Shown here: positions 19,777-29,833 of the stretch, one piece after another | Position numbering within the stretch: the stretch's first letter is position 1 | Layout of the letters: each line of letters starts with the position of its first letter | Assembly (NCBI GenBank): GCA_041666325.1 | Contig: JBAYHC010000004.1 | Span: forward strand, 929-64,928 | Source of the DNA: Patescibacteria group bacterium | Lineage (GTDB): Bacteria > Patescibacteriota > UBA1384 > XYA2-FULL-43-10 > 1-14-0-10-43-13 | Reading direction: 5' to 3' | Length of the DNA stretch: 64,000 nucleotides | Program-made: the position numbers and the translations under genes | Notes under the pieces: model-generated | Told to the model about the DNA's origin: nothing | Seen by the model: the letters and a program-made list of their open reading frames with translations, nothing else | The model's database searches: none

Positions 19777-20229
19777 CTATTTGATATCGCCCATGTAGTA
19801 ATCTGGTAGCAGCGAATCGGCATAGCTGGAGTGTGGCGATGCCCGACGCTGGTCCTTGGTGCTATAGCCAGTTGTGCCGTCAGCACCGCAGTAGGGCAAG
19901 ATTGCACTAGCGCTTCCGGGATGACTGTAGAGATAATTTGTTAAATTATAGACTTTGCCACTAATAATTAACCAGCAATCGTTGGCGCTATTGTGCTGGG
20001 CTACTTCACTTGCTGCATAGGTTTTGGTTACCGTCGTGGCGGCCGAGCTGTCATTTTGTGCTGGCGAAGTTGTTGGACTTGGTGTTGCCCGACTTGTTGT
20101 GGTGGGTGAATTAGCCTGGTTGCTCAGTGATTGGTTCGGCTGACTGCGACCAAGAAAGTAGGCGGCGGCGTAGCTAACTGCAAAAACTATTAGGCAAATC
20201 AGAACAATATTTTTTACAACTTTGTTCAT
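19777..20229 (-). CDS. Membrane-anchored or exported cytochrome b5-like heme-binding domain protein
   Basis: N-terminal TM, S/T/P-rich linker, then the Cyt-b5 core VAQHNSANDCWLIISGKVYNLTNYLYSHPGSASAILPYCGADGT. Confidence 0.7.
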   Translation of the reverse strand: MNKVVKNIVLICLIVFAVSYAAAYFLGRSQPNQSLSNQANSPTTTSRATPSPTTSPAQNDSSAATTVTKTYAASEVAQHNSANDCWLIISGKVYNLTNYLYSHPGSASAILPYCGADGTTGYSTKDQRRASPHSSYADSLLPDYYMGDIK

Positions 20230-20236
20230 CGTTCTC

Positions 20237-21535
20237 CTAAAAATTAAATTCCTCAGTGTGAATAGCGTAATTTTTCACATTGGTCCCGATGAGCTGGGAG
20301 CGCAAACTTTGCGTCATAGCACCAGGGCCGCAGATAAAGAAATCACACTCGGAGAGATTGCCGCTTGTTTTCTTGATTGACTTGACATCGATCCGACCCA
20401 GGCTCTCGCTATAGTACGGAATTATCCGAAGGTTTGGACTACGCCTAGAGTTTATAATCAGGTCATCAAGATAGATGGCTTCGGCTTGATTCTTGACACA
20501 GTAGTAACAATCGACCTGATACTTGTCCTCCAGGTTTTTTGCCATGCTCAAAAAAGGTGTAATCCCAATTCCGGCGCCAACCCATACTTGCCGATCAAAT
20601 TTGCCAAGCAAATGGCAGAAACGACCGTACGGACCCTCGACTATAAATTGATCTCCGGGATTGAGGACATTAATCAACGACCCGGTGAAATCCCCAAGAT
20701 TTTTGATAGAGAAAGTGACTGTTTTCTCACTGGGAGCGGAGGAGAAAGAAAAAGGGTGCTGCTCGGTTGAAAGCCGACTATTTTGAACTGAAATAAAGGC
20801 AAACTGGCCGGATATGAATTTTAAATTTTGTGTTTCAGGTTTTAATGTTATGTCGATGATGTTCGAGCCGCGTTTTGTAACTTCGACCAGACTATATCGA
20901 TGCTTTTTGATTAGGTATCTACCGAAAATTGTTTTGTAATCAAAAGCGGCCAGGCCAATAACCAAAACAAAGATCATATAGCCGCGCAGGATTGGATCTC
21001 TGGCAACATCGCTCGAGATCAGTAGCGTGTGTAGGGTTGCGAACAAAAAAGCGAGACCGAGGAACTGGTGGCTGATTTTCCAGATATGATAGGGTAATTT
21101 GATAAAAAGAGTTACGATCAAGAGAAGAGACATCGTAAAAATTGCAAGTTGGCCAAAAATAACCGGTAAATTGGAAAAATCAAAGAGCAGCTTCAGGGCG
21201 CTACCATAAGAGAAGTACATGTATCGAATTATCAGGATGGTAGGATGCAGCAATAGAAGGGAGAAAGAGAGACCACCGAGTATGTGGTGAATGACATAGG
21301 CTCGATTGACGCCGCCAAAAAAGTTTTCAACCAGCTTTTGTCTCGAACTTAAGACGAGACTGGCAGCAAAGAGCGCCAAACCGACTAACCCTGCTACTTG
21401 GCCAAGGCTAGTTAAAACAGTCGTTACGCCACGGGTTCTGTCAGTAAGCGGCATTATGCTTAGCCAGAGAAACAACGGGGCAAGAGTAAAAACAACAACG
21501 ATGGGAATGCCGAGATTCGACTTCTGTATTTTCAT
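20237..21535 (-). CDS. NOX-type oxidoreductase: ferric-reductase bis-heme TM domain + FAD-binding + NAD(P)-binding domains
   Basis: His pairs in TM helices (HHILGG, HQFLG...HTLL). FAD motif HPFSFSS. NAD motifs GAGIGITP and FFICGPGAM. 8-nt gap to the cyt b5 gene. Confidence 0.8.
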   Translation of the reverse strand: MKIQKSNLGIPIVVVFTLAPLFLWLSIMPLTDRTRGVTTVLTSLGQVAGLVGLALFAASLVLSSRQKLVENFFGGVNRAYVIHHILGGLSFSLLLLHPTILIIRYMYFSYGSALKLLFDFSNLPVIFGQLAIFTMSLLLIVTLFIKLPYHIWKISHQFLGLAFLFATLHTLLISSDVARDPILRGYMIFVLVIGLAAFDYKTIFGRYLIKKHRYSLVEVTKRGSNIIDITLKPETQNLKFISGQFAFISVQNSRLSTEQHPFSFSSAPSEKTVTFSIKNLGDFTGSLINVLNPGDQFIVEGPYGRFCHLLGKFDRQVWVGAGIGITPFLSMAKNLEDKYQVDCYYCVKNQAEAIYLDDLIINSRRSPNLRIIPYYSESLGRIDVKSIKKTSGNLSECDFFICGPGAMTQSLRSQLIGTNVKNYAIHTEEFNF

Positions 21536-21677
21536 ATTTTGCCTAATTCACTATTCTGGTACTGATAATATTATATCATTACATGCCAGGATATTCTATA
21601 TGTCGACTTTGGAAAATACTTGGGTTCGTATCAGGTAAAAATAGTGTATAGTAATGTAAGGATTAATCAGGAGGAGT

Positions 21678-22259
21678 ATGAAAAACCCACTAGAAACTAT
21701 TGAGTCGCTCGTCGAGAGCGTTTTCGGAGCCATAACCCCGGATCAGCACAAAAGAGTAATCAAACATTCAGAGGCATATCGCAGCTTTCGCGCCAAGGCC
21801 CTATCCCAAAGAAGTCTCATCGAGCGGCTGGCTGATTCTATCACAAGCGTTTTCGGCAATATCGGCTTTGCCATTTTCCACGTAATTTGGTTTGGCACTT
21901 GGCTTGCCGTCAACCTGGGACTCATACCCCAAATTCCCGCATTCGACCCATTCCCCTTTGGTCTCCTCACCATGATCGTCTCGCTCGAAGCAATATTCCT
22001 TTCCGTCTTCGTCTTGATTAGTCAAAATAGAGAATCCCAGGTAAGCGACCTTCGCGATGAGGTTGATTTTCAGATCACCATGCAGGCAGAACAGGAAATT
22101 ACAAAATTGCTCTCGCTTGTAACCGAGATACACGACCACCTAGGCATCATCGGAAAACACGATCCAGAGCTAGAAAAAATGATGCAGAAACTTGATCCGA
22201 ACAAATTAGAGAAAGAGATCGTGGCTGAGGTTGATGGCAGTGATCACAAAATACTCTAG
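21678..22259 (+). CDS. DUF1003 domain membrane protein
   Basis: AGGAGG RBS. FGNIGFAIFHVIWFGTWLAVNLG and a conserved C-terminal helix. Confidence 0.65.
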   Translation: MKNPLETIESLVESVFGAITPDQHKRVIKHSEAYRSFRAKALSQRSLIERLADSITSVFGNIGFAIFHVIWFGTWLAVNLGLIPQIPAFDPFPFGLLTMIVSLEAIFLSVFVLISQNRESQVSDLRDEVDFQITMQAEQEITKLLSLVTEIHDHLGIIGKHDPELEKMMQKLDPNKLEKEIVAEVDGSDHKIL

Positions 22260-22261
22260 CT

Positions 22262-22291
22262 AAAAACACCCCGATGAATCGGGGTGTTTTT
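22262..22291. terminator. Bidirectional rho-independent terminator between the DUF1003 gene and rpoD
   Basis: AAAAA-caccccgat-gaa-tcggggtg-TTTTT. Confidence 0.6.
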
Positions 22292-22293
22292 GT

Positions 22294-23415
22294 TTAACCG
22301 TGCAAGTACTCTTCAAGTATATTTGACCTCTCCAGTTTTCGCAGTTTCTGCAGCGCCTTGGCTTCGATCTGTCGGATTCGTTCGCGTGTAACCCCGAACT
22401 CCTGTCCGACTTCTTCCAACGTGTGAGTCCGACCGGTATCAAGTCCGAATCGCATCTTCAGGATCTTCTGCTCGCGCGGCGAAAGCTCGCCAAGAAATTC
22501 CTTGATCCTGTCTTTGAGGAGCTGCCTCACCGTTGACTCCTCTGGGGAGAGATTCTTCTCGTCCTCGATGAAATCACCGAGCTTAGAGTCTTCCTCCTCA
22601 CCAACTGGTGCCTCGAGGGACACAGTATCCTGTGAAATTTTGATGATATGTTCCACCTTGTCGACATCCAGGCCCATCTCCTGAGCAATTTCTTCCGGGG
22701 TGGGTTCGCGACCGAGATCCTGGACAAGCTGGCGCTGAACCCGAATAAGTTTGTTGATGGTTTCTATCATGTGAACTGGAATACGGATAGTACGAGCTTG
22801 GTCGGCGATAGCGCGTGTGATAGCTTGACGAATCCACCATGTGGCATAGGTAGAGAATTTAAAACCTTTTTTGTAGTCAAATTTCTCAACTGCACGCATC
22901 AAGCCGGTGTTGCCTTCCTGGATTAGATCAAGGAAAGACAGGCCGCGGCCAATATACTTCTTGGCCAGAGAAACAACTAATCTCAGGTTGGCTTCAGCCA
23001 AACGCCTCTTGGCCAAGACATCACCCTTCTCAATTCTTTTGGCGAGCTTGATCTCCTCTTCAGTCGTAAGCAGAGGAATTTTTCCAATTTCGCGCAAGTA
23101 CATGCGCACGGAGTCATCGGTTAGCTCAGAAATCTCACCCTCACCCTTCTTCTTCTGACCCCGCGACTGCTCGATCGTACGAGCCAAGATGCCACCGGTC
23201 TTTTCGTCCTCTTCCTTGAACTCGATACCCCGGTCAAACATACAATTGAATATTTCATCCAATTCGATGACATCGGCCTCCGGTTCGGGAACTGATTGGA
23301 GCAACTCTCGGGCAGAGATGTACCCGTGAATACGGCCCTTGGCCAGCAACTCGTTAACCTCAGGAGAAAAAGGCAATGGTTCTTCTTTTTTGGGAACAAA
23401 AACTTTTTTAGCCAT
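22294..23415 (-). CDS. rpoD: RNA polymerase sigma factor RpoD (sigma-70)
   Basis: Regions 1.2-4 present: [25 protein letters not shown] and the 4.2 [26 protein letters not shown]. Confidence 0.9.
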   Translation of the reverse strand: MAKKVFVPKKEEPLPFSPEVNELLAKGRIHGYISARELLQSVPEPEADVIELDEIFNCMFDRGIEFKEEDEKTGGILARTIEQSRGQKKKGEGEISELTDDSVRMYLREIGKIPLLTTEEEIKLAKRIEKGDVLAKRRLAEANLRLVVSLAKKYIGRGLSFLDLIQEGNTGLMRAVEKFDYKKGFKFSTYATWWIRQAITRAIADQARTIRIPVHMIETINKLIRVQRQLVQDLGREPTPEEIAQEMGLDVDKVEHIIKISQDTVSLEAPVGEEEDSKLGDFIEDEKNLSPEESTVRQLLKDRIKEFLGELSPREQKILKMRFGLDTGRTHTLEEVGQEFGVTRERIRQIEAKALQKLRKLERSNILEEYLHG

Positions 23416-23596
23416 AATACTCCTGTAAATATAATAAAATTAAGAATGGCTCATTTTTGGACACAATGAGGGATTATATGTCGCAAGAGTACATAGTCGA
23501 AAAATCTTTTTCTTTTGGCATTAAAACCGAATTCATTCATCCAAGACTGCTTAGTAATTCCCCGCTTCGAGCCTCTTTAATTATAGCATCTTTCAA

Positions 23597-25318
23597 TTAT
23601 TTAATCAACCTGGCGTATTCGGCAAGGAGCTCCTTGATTTTTTCCTTATTTCCATCCTCCTCAGCCTGGCGAATCCTAGAGGCAAACTGATTTTTGAGAT
23701 CCTCTCGCTCTTCTTGAGAGATCCTCTTAATGAGATAGTCGGTCTCGCTCTGCAGTGCCTCCGGGTTATCAAATTCTAAGTTCTCGCTCAATGCCAAAAC
23801 CAACTGATCAAGACGAGATTTCTCCTCTTGGGGAGCGAGCTCCTTGTTAACAAACCCGTCTGCGACCATAGCACCGAACTCCTTCAGATCAGTAAACTCG
23901 ATATTTTTATGACCCTCCGGGATTCTCTTTATCAATTTTGAATCGTGCCACAATAATGCGGCCAACCGATCTGATAACGAGAGCTCATGTTTAGCGATCT
24001 CTTCAATTTCCTTGGTTGCCCTTTTGTCGGCCTTGGTCTTGCCAAGAGCATCGAGCAGGGATTGCTCGGACACGGATAATCGCTTGGAGAGGTATTTTAG
24101 ATAAGATTCCTTCTCAATGTCCGAGTAAGTCAGCTTAATCACTGGCAATATTTCCTTGGCAATTTTCTTCTTGGCAATAACAGAAAGATCTGGGTTTTTG
24201 CGGACCAAGAGATCAATCCAAAACTCAAGGGCGGGCTTGGCCTGCTCCACCGCACGCGTCCAGTTTTTCGGATCGGCCTTGATTGCCTCATCTGGATCCT
24301 TGTACGGTCCGGACAAGGAAACAATCTTGCAGCTCACATCATTTTGGAGCGCCAAAGTAATAGCACGCTTCATTGCTGTCTCTCCTGCCTCATCTCGATC
24401 AAAGCTGAAGCCAACAACTGAAGCGTAACGGGACAGGGTTCGAAGCTGCTGCTCTGTCACTGCTGTTCCCGAAGAAGCAACAACATTTTTGAATCCGGAC
24501 TGATGGCAAGCAATTACATCCATTTGTCCCTCAACGAATACCGCCAGGTCTGCTTCCTTGATTGCCATTTTGGCCTTATCGAGGCCATAGAGAACCTCTC
24601 CCTTGTGATATATGGCTGATTCAGATGAGTTTAGATACTTCGCTTCCTTGGGATTATCCTCCAGTACTCGCGAGGTAAAGCCAACAACATGGCCCATAAC
24701 ATTGCTGATCGGAAACATGATACGACCGCGAAAACGGTCATAATAGCCGCCACGGTCGTTCCTGACAACTACTCCGGCTTGGAAAAGCTCATCCTCCTTG
24801 TAACCCTTACTCTTCAAGAATCGAAGCAGAAAATCCCAGGAAACAGGAGCGTAACCAATCTCAAAATTTTTGATCGCTTCTTCGCTTAAGCCCCTTTTCT
24901 TCAGATACTTTCTAGCCGGCTGGGCTTTCTCGTGATCAGACAAGAGCTTAACAAAGACCTTCTTGGCCCAATCATTAATCTCAAAGAGCCTTGTCTTTTT
25001 GTCTGCTTTGTATTCGCTATTACCATAGCTAACCTTGTCCTGCTTGAGCTGAACACCGGCTCGATCAGCCAATATCTTCAAGGCATTGAAAAAATCCAGC
25101 CCCTCCATCTTTTCGATGAAAGTGAATATGTCTCCACCCTCGCCACAACCAAAGCACTTGAAGGTTTGGCGCTCAGCAGAAACCAAAAACGAGGGACTCT
25201 TCTCCTGGTGGAATGGACAGAGACCCTTATAATTAACTCCGGCCTTCTTCAGAGTTAGGTAGCTTCCGATAATCTCGACGATATCGAGTCGATGCTTAAT
25301 GTCTTCGATTTCATCCAT
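23597..25318 (-). CDS. dnaG: DNA primase DnaG
   Basis: Zinc ribbon CPFHQEKSPSF...CFGCG, TOPRIM domain EGQMDV. Classic dnaG-rpoD linkage. Confidence 0.9.
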   Translation of the reverse strand: MDEIEDIKHRLDIVEIIGSYLTLKKAGVNYKGLCPFHQEKSPSFLVSAERQTFKCFGCGEGGDIFTFIEKMEGLDFFNALKILADRAGVQLKQDKVSYGNSEYKADKKTRLFEINDWAKKVFVKLLSDHEKAQPARKYLKKRGLSEEAIKNFEIGYAPVSWDFLLRFLKSKGYKEDELFQAGVVVRNDRGGYYDRFRGRIMFPISNVMGHVVGFTSRVLEDNPKEAKYLNSSESAIYHKGEVLYGLDKAKMAIKEADLAVFVEGQMDVIACHQSGFKNVVASSGTAVTEQQLRTLSRYASVVGFSFDRDEAGETAMKRAITLALQNDVSCKIVSLSGPYKDPDEAIKADPKNWTRAVEQAKPALEFWIDLLVRKNPDLSVIAKKKIAKEILPVIKLTYSDIEKESYLKYLSKRLSVSEQSLLDALGKTKADKRATKEIEEIAKHELSLSDRLAALLWHDSKLIKRIPEGHKNIEFTDLKEFGAMVADGFVNKELAPQEEKSRLDQLVLALSENLEFDNPEALQSETDYLIKRISQEEREDLKNQFASRIRQAEEDGNKEKIKELLAEYARLIK

Positions 25319-25390
25319 TTGGTTAGGATCAAGAATTATGATTTAATATTACTGCCACACCGGCCCAACCGCTTTTGGTTCTGCACTATT

Positions 25391-26698
25391 TTAAATTAGT
25401 ACCTGCTGAGCCTCACCCTCACTTATAGCGCCTGCATCATCCTCAATCGCACTTTCTACCATCTGGGCAACCTTCTCCTCAATAGTATCAGATTCTTCCG
25501 CTGTTACTGCCGCGTCAGTTTGATCCAGCTCATCCTCGCCATCTGATAGCTCCAAACTTTTAATTTGAGGCAAAGAATTGCCGGCGATGCCCTTAATGTC
25601 GCCATAGAGTCCGGCCATGCTTGTTTCAATCCGGTCAATCAACTTTTCACGCTCCGCCCAGATTTTAACATAGGCGCGCTTCTCTCGCTCGAGAGAACTT
25701 TTCATCGCAATAGCAGATTCAATGAAGCTCTCAATGCGACCTCGGAATTCGGGACCCAGGAGATAGTTGAAGACCACATCTTTCTTCTCTGACTTGCCCT
25801 CCTCAAGCGAGAGCACGCCGGCAACTTCGATGATCTGCCGACGCAAAATATGGGCGATAGAGACAGCCATCTTGGGCGTTGCAACATAGATGCCATTATA
25901 AAAACCGGCTTCGACCAGGCCCGCAGGCAAAACGGAGGAAATCAGAATTGAAACCTCGGCTTTGACCTTACGCTGATCGTCTTTCAACTTCTGAACCCAA
26001 CCCTCAGTCCAAGCCTTCGTTTGCTTTAGCTCCCAAGCAATGGAGCCGCACGCTCTCCCCCTCTGATCATGAACATGTTGGATAATATCAGCGCCGTTAA
26101 TACCCTTGGGTACTGGCGCAATTTCATCAATTGGAAACTCCGCCTTAAGCGACTCCTCTAATTCAAGCTCAAGTACCTCGCCTTGCGTCTGTTGGGATCC
26201 CTGCTCAGCCTTGCGTCTTGCTTCCTCGAGTGACTTCATCAGATCATTAATTTTTTTATCCTTCTCCGCATCTTTCATGCGATGTTCATCGAGAACCGCC
26301 CTAGCCGCCTCTTCCTTGATCTTGCTGCGCTCAGCATCAATTTGGCGTTGCTGTTCGATCTTCCAAGCCCGCTGCTCATCCTCAAACTGAACTCTCTCCT
26401 GTCGAAGCTTTATCTCCGTCTCTTCGGCCTCAGCGCGCTTCTTCTTCTGAATTTCGAGTTCTTGCTCGAGCTCTTTTGCCTTACGCCGCTCGCCGTCCAG
26501 GTCGTCCTTTGCTTTCTCTGCGGCTTTCTCGAGAGCAATTACCCACATCTTTTTCTTCTCGGCTTCAAGTTGGCCCCGATACTCTTCTTTTGCCTTCTGT
26601 CTTTCGCCTTCAGCAATCTGATGCGTCAGCGCGTCATCAATCGAAATTTCCTTTTGGCAGCCGGGACAAACGATTACAATTTTGGATGAATCCGACAT
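25391..26698 (-). CDS. DUF2130-like protein: N-terminal zinc ribbon, long coiled coil, conserved C-terminal domain
   Basis: CPGCQKEIS, an extended E/K/R-rich heptad region, and a C-terminal globular part. Confidence 0.6.
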   Translation of the reverse strand: MSDSSKIVIVCPGCQKEISIDDALTHQIAEGERQKAKEEYRGQLEAEKKKMWVIALEKAAEKAKDDLDGERRKAKELEQELEIQKKKRAEAEETEIKLRQERVQFEDEQRAWKIEQQRQIDAERSKIKEEAARAVLDEHRMKDAEKDKKINDLMKSLEEARRKAEQGSQQTQGEVLELELEESLKAEFPIDEIAPVPKGINGADIIQHVHDQRGRACGSIAWELKQTKAWTEGWVQKLKDDQRKVKAEVSILISSVLPAGLVEAGFYNGIYVATPKMAVSIAHILRRQIIEVAGVLSLEEGKSEKKDVVFNYLLGPEFRGRIESFIESAIAMKSSLEREKRAYVKIWAEREKLIDRIETSMAGLYGDIKGIAGNSLPQIKSLELSDGEDELDQTDAAVTAEESDTIEEKVAQMVESAIEDDAGAISEGEAQQVLI

Positions 26699-26908
26699 GA
26701 TAACTCCAAGAATTAAGCGAGTAAGTGGATAAGCTAGTAGGCATATAGATTGGTAAGCAATGAAGCAAATGTCGATACAAATTGCGGCTTAGCTTACATA
26801 CTCCTTACCGCTTACTAGCTTACTGCTATTTCATGCATCTGCCAATCAGTCGCCGAGCGAGGTAACCTCCTGCCTACAGCGCTTGTTTGTTGGTATTTCT
26901 GCGACAAT

Positions 26909-27415
26909 ATGATACGTAAAAGAAGGACCCGGAATCCGGAGGAAAGATACGTGAACACTAGGTTCGGAGAAATGGATCATCCCATCCCCCCGCGAACACT
27001 TCGGCCGAGGGGTTACAATTCATCTCAGCTCGGAATCGTTGTCCTGGGACTGGTTGTGATCGGCGCCACCTGGCTGCTGATAGCTCGACCCTGGCAACCC
27101 AAGGTCGCTGTCAGCACTGACTATCTCTTGCTCTCGTTCCGCGATGTCGATGCGGACACGAGCAAGGGCACGACGATGCCAGTCACCATCATCACCCTTG
27201 CCAACAAAAGCACCGGCAAGGTAGCTGCACTGTTCAGGGGTCGAGAAGAGCGAACGATCCGTGTCCCGACCGAGGTCGTCAAGCGAGACGACTCCCTTCC
27301 CCTGGGAACCGTGCGCTGGGAAGAGAGCAAGATTGAGGGACACACATACACTGTCGTCAGGTGGAGGCCAGACGCAGTAGTGCCGACACAACAGCGCCCA
27401 AGTATGGAGCGCTGA
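26909..27415 (+). CDS. Hypothetical membrane-anchored protein (higher GC)
   Basis: One TM helix (LGIVVLGLVVIGATWLLIA). No motif recognised. The start is uncertain (26909 or 26972). Confidence 0.4.
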   Translation: MIRKRRTRNPEERYVNTRFGEMDHPIPPRTLRPRGYNSSQLGIVVLGLVVIGATWLLIARPWQPKVAVSTDYLLLSFRDVDADTSKGTTMPVTIITLANKSTGKVAALFRGREERTIRVPTEVVKRDDSLPLGTVRWEESKIEGHTYTVVRWRPDAVVPTQQRPSMER

Positions 27416-27607
27416 GCAAGACATATCACCGACGGGTGGCGTTAGCCGTACGAGGCATAACCGCCACCCTCATTTTAATTCCGGCAAGTCCTTTAAATCG
27501 AAGCTGCTTTCTGGTAGAATATTTTAGTAAATCGTCTTATTGTGCCTCATAATTGCAAATATTAGCCCTGGTCATAACCAGCTAGTTCTGGCCTAGCACG
27601 AAATACC

Positions 27608-27880
27608 ATGGATTACTTTGTCTACTTCTTGGAAAATGATCGGGGTCGGCACTATGTCGGTATCACGATAGACACAGCAAGACGATTGAATGAGCACAAC
27701 GAGGGAAATACCAAGTCGACCAGACCGTTTCGCCCCTGGAAGATCATCTACACGGAGAGCTTCTCCTCGCGAAGCGAGGCCTGCAAAAGAGAGTGGCACC
27801 TAAAGCACTCAATTGGCCGTAAAGAAAAAATTGAGATAATCAATAGTTACGGCAAAGCGGGGTTCCTCATCGTAAAATAA
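27608..27880 (+). CDS. GIY-YIG nuclease family protein (small stand-alone)
   Basis: YFVYFLENDRGRHYVGIT...RLNEHN is the GIY-YIG motif. Confidence 0.8.
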   Translation: MDYFVYFLENDRGRHYVGITIDTARRLNEHNEGNTKSTRPFRPWKIIYTESFSSRSEACKREWHLKHSIGRKEKIEIINSYGKAGFLIVK

Positions 27881-27930
27881 CACTGGAGAGGTCGCCCTCT
27901 AAAGTAGGGCTTCGTTTCTTAAAAAACGCT

Positions 27931-28020
27931 GGAGAGGTCGCATAGTGGCCTAGTGCGCGCGCTTGGAAAGCGCGTATACCCGCAAGGGTATCGAGGGTTC
28001 AAATCCCTCCCTCTCCGCCA
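27931..28020 (+). tRNA. tRNA-Ser (anticodon GGA), class II with long variable arm, CCA encoded
   Basis: GGAGAGG acceptor, anticodon stem CGCGC/GCGCG with loop TTGGAAA, long variable arm, T-arm GAGGGTTCAAATCCCTC, CCTCTCC-G-CCA. Confidence 0.9.
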
Positions 28021-28022
28021 AG

Positions 28023-28053
28023 AAAAAGCCAGTAATTTATTGCTGGCTTTTTC
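28023..28053. terminator. Bidirectional terminator hairpin after tRNA-Ser
   Basis: AAAAA-gccagtaatttattgctggc-TTTTT. Confidence 0.55.
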
Positions 28054-28147
28054 TTGGCTACTACACCAAATTTGTTTGACCGAAAAATCTTTTTCAGTTA
28101 TGATACTTGCTGTAAATTATGTTGACCTAGATTAAAAAAGGAATGAG

Positions 28148-28729
28148 ATGGCACTCACTATCGCTATCGAGGGCTTGCCTGGATGCGGCAAGACTACCGC
28201 AATAGATCTTCTGGTAGAGCACCTCAAGCAAAACGGCCTACAAATTGAAGTGATAAATATTGACACAGCTGGCTGCGCAACCGAGCTGAAAGCAATCGCC
28301 GAAAGATACCCTCTCGGGCATCCTGCCAGAGTGCTTCTGTTTTGGGTGCTTCGTATTCAGCAGCACGAGGCCATGAGGGAGGTGGCCAAGAGTGCCGACA
28401 TCGTAATCGCAGACAGATTCTGGGGATCCACGATTGCCTTCGACGTCTTCGGTAGCGGCGTACCAATGAAAGCGATCGAATGGTTTAGTCATTTCATCAA
28501 CCCTAAACCAGATGTAGTCCTCTATTTCGATGCACCGCTCGAGGTTACGCAGAAACGGAAGCAAGCCAAGACCATGCATGACGCCGACTTCGCCTCCAGA
28601 ATAGAAAAAGGCTATATTCATCTCGCCAAAACAGAACGATGGACTAAAATCGACGCAACAAAAAACCCTGAAGAAATCATGAAACAGTGTCTAAATATAA
28701 TAACCGCACACATCCCGCGCACCAAATGA
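28148..28729 (+). CDS. Thymidylate kinase-like / deoxynucleotide kinase family protein
   Basis: P-loop IAIEGLPGCGKTT and a DRF/DRY-type lid region. Confidence 0.65.
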   Translation: MALTIAIEGLPGCGKTTAIDLLVEHLKQNGLQIEVINIDTAGCATELKAIAERYPLGHPARVLLFWVLRIQQHEAMREVAKSADIVIADRFWGSTIAFDVFGSGVPMKAIEWFSHFINPKPDVVLYFDAPLEVTQKRKQAKTMHDADFASRIEKGYIHLAKTERWTKIDATKNPEEIMKQCLNIITAHIPRTK

Positions 28730-29211
28730 ACAAACTGCTCTCTGACCTAAAAAGCAACCTCGACAAAGCCGAGCTCGGATATAAAATTATCGAATTATCG
28801 GCACCAGCCATGACAGTACCAGATGTGATTAAATTTGCCAAAGAACCGATCAACGAGAATGAGATCTGCAAAACATTAATAGTAAAAGCCGGCACTGGAT
28901 TCATAGCAATCTTCTTGAGGGGCGAAAATAAAGTCAATTTTAAAGCTCTCAAATCATTGTTTGGCCCCAAGGTTCGCTTTGCCACCGCCGAGGAGGTCAA
29001 GGCATCGGCTAACGTTGACCCGGGTGCGGTTTGCCCGCTTATTCTCAATGTGCCGCTCTATATTGACGAAAGCGCCATCGTACTAAGCAACGCCCACTTT
29101 GGCTCCGGTGACCATATGTTTGGGCTAGAAATGAACCCTGCTGATATACTGGAAATAACAGGTGCTAAAATAGTTAATATTAGCAAGGAGCAATCAAATG
29201 AAAATTGCTAA
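28726..29211 (+). CDS. YbaK/ProX-type aminoacyl-tRNA deacylase domain protein
   Basis: ATGA overlap with the upstream gene. CKTLIVKAG...FIAIFLRGENKVNFKAL...VDPGAVCPL pattern. Confidence 0.65.
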   Translation: MNKLLSDLKSNLDKAELGYKIIELSAPAMTVPDVIKFAKEPINENEICKTLIVKAGTGFIAIFLRGENKVNFKALKSLFGPKVRFATAEEVKASANVDPGAVCPLILNVPLYIDESAIVLSNAHFGSGDHMFGLEMNPADILEITGAKIVNISKEQSNENC

Positions 29212-29833
29212 ATTCGGTCATAGCTGCCTATTGGTTGAGGAAAATAAATTGCGCATTTTGATCGATCCTGGAGTTTATTCAAGTGGTCTCGACAAAATCG
29301 AGAACATTAACATCATTCTCATCACTCACGAGCATCCTGACCACTGTGACTTAGAGACACTGGCAAAAGTCATCCGCAACAATCCAAATACAAGAATTAT
29401 TACAAACGATGGAGTCGGCAGGATTTTGGTAGATAACGGCATTCCCTACGAGTTAACCCAAAATAACACGATGATCACTCAAGACAGTGTCACCATTGAA
29501 TCTTTTGATGACACTCATGCGATTATTTATCCAACACTACCTTCAGTCAAAAATAGCAGTTTCCTGATTGGCAAAAAGTTGTTTCACCCCGGAGACCAGT
29601 TTGTTATTCCTGTCAGGCCGGTCGCAGTGCTCGCTCTCCCGGTGGCTGGCCCGTGGTTAAAGATCTCCGAATCTATCGATTACGCCAGAACAATTCAACC
29701 CAAGACATGCATTCCGATTCATGACGGCTTTCTGAAGCAACAAGGCTTAGTTCACCGAGCGCCGAAGTCAGTACTTGAACCTCTCGGCATTGATTTTCTT
29801 ATTCCAGAAAATAATCAATCGATTGTAGTCTAG
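29198..29833 (+). CDS. MBL-fold metallo-hydrolase
   Basis: ILITHEHPDHCD (HxHxDH). Confidence 0.75.
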   Translation: MKIAKFGHSCLLVEENKLRILIDPGVYSSGLDKIENINIILITHEHPDHCDLETLAKVIRNNPNTRIITNDGVGRILVDNGIPYELTQNNTMITQDSVTIESFDDTHAIIYPTLPSVKNSSFLIGKKLFHPGDQFVIPVRPVAVLALPVAGPWLKISESIDYARTIQPKTCIPIHDGFLKQQGLVHRAPKSVLEPLGIDFLIPENNQSIVV

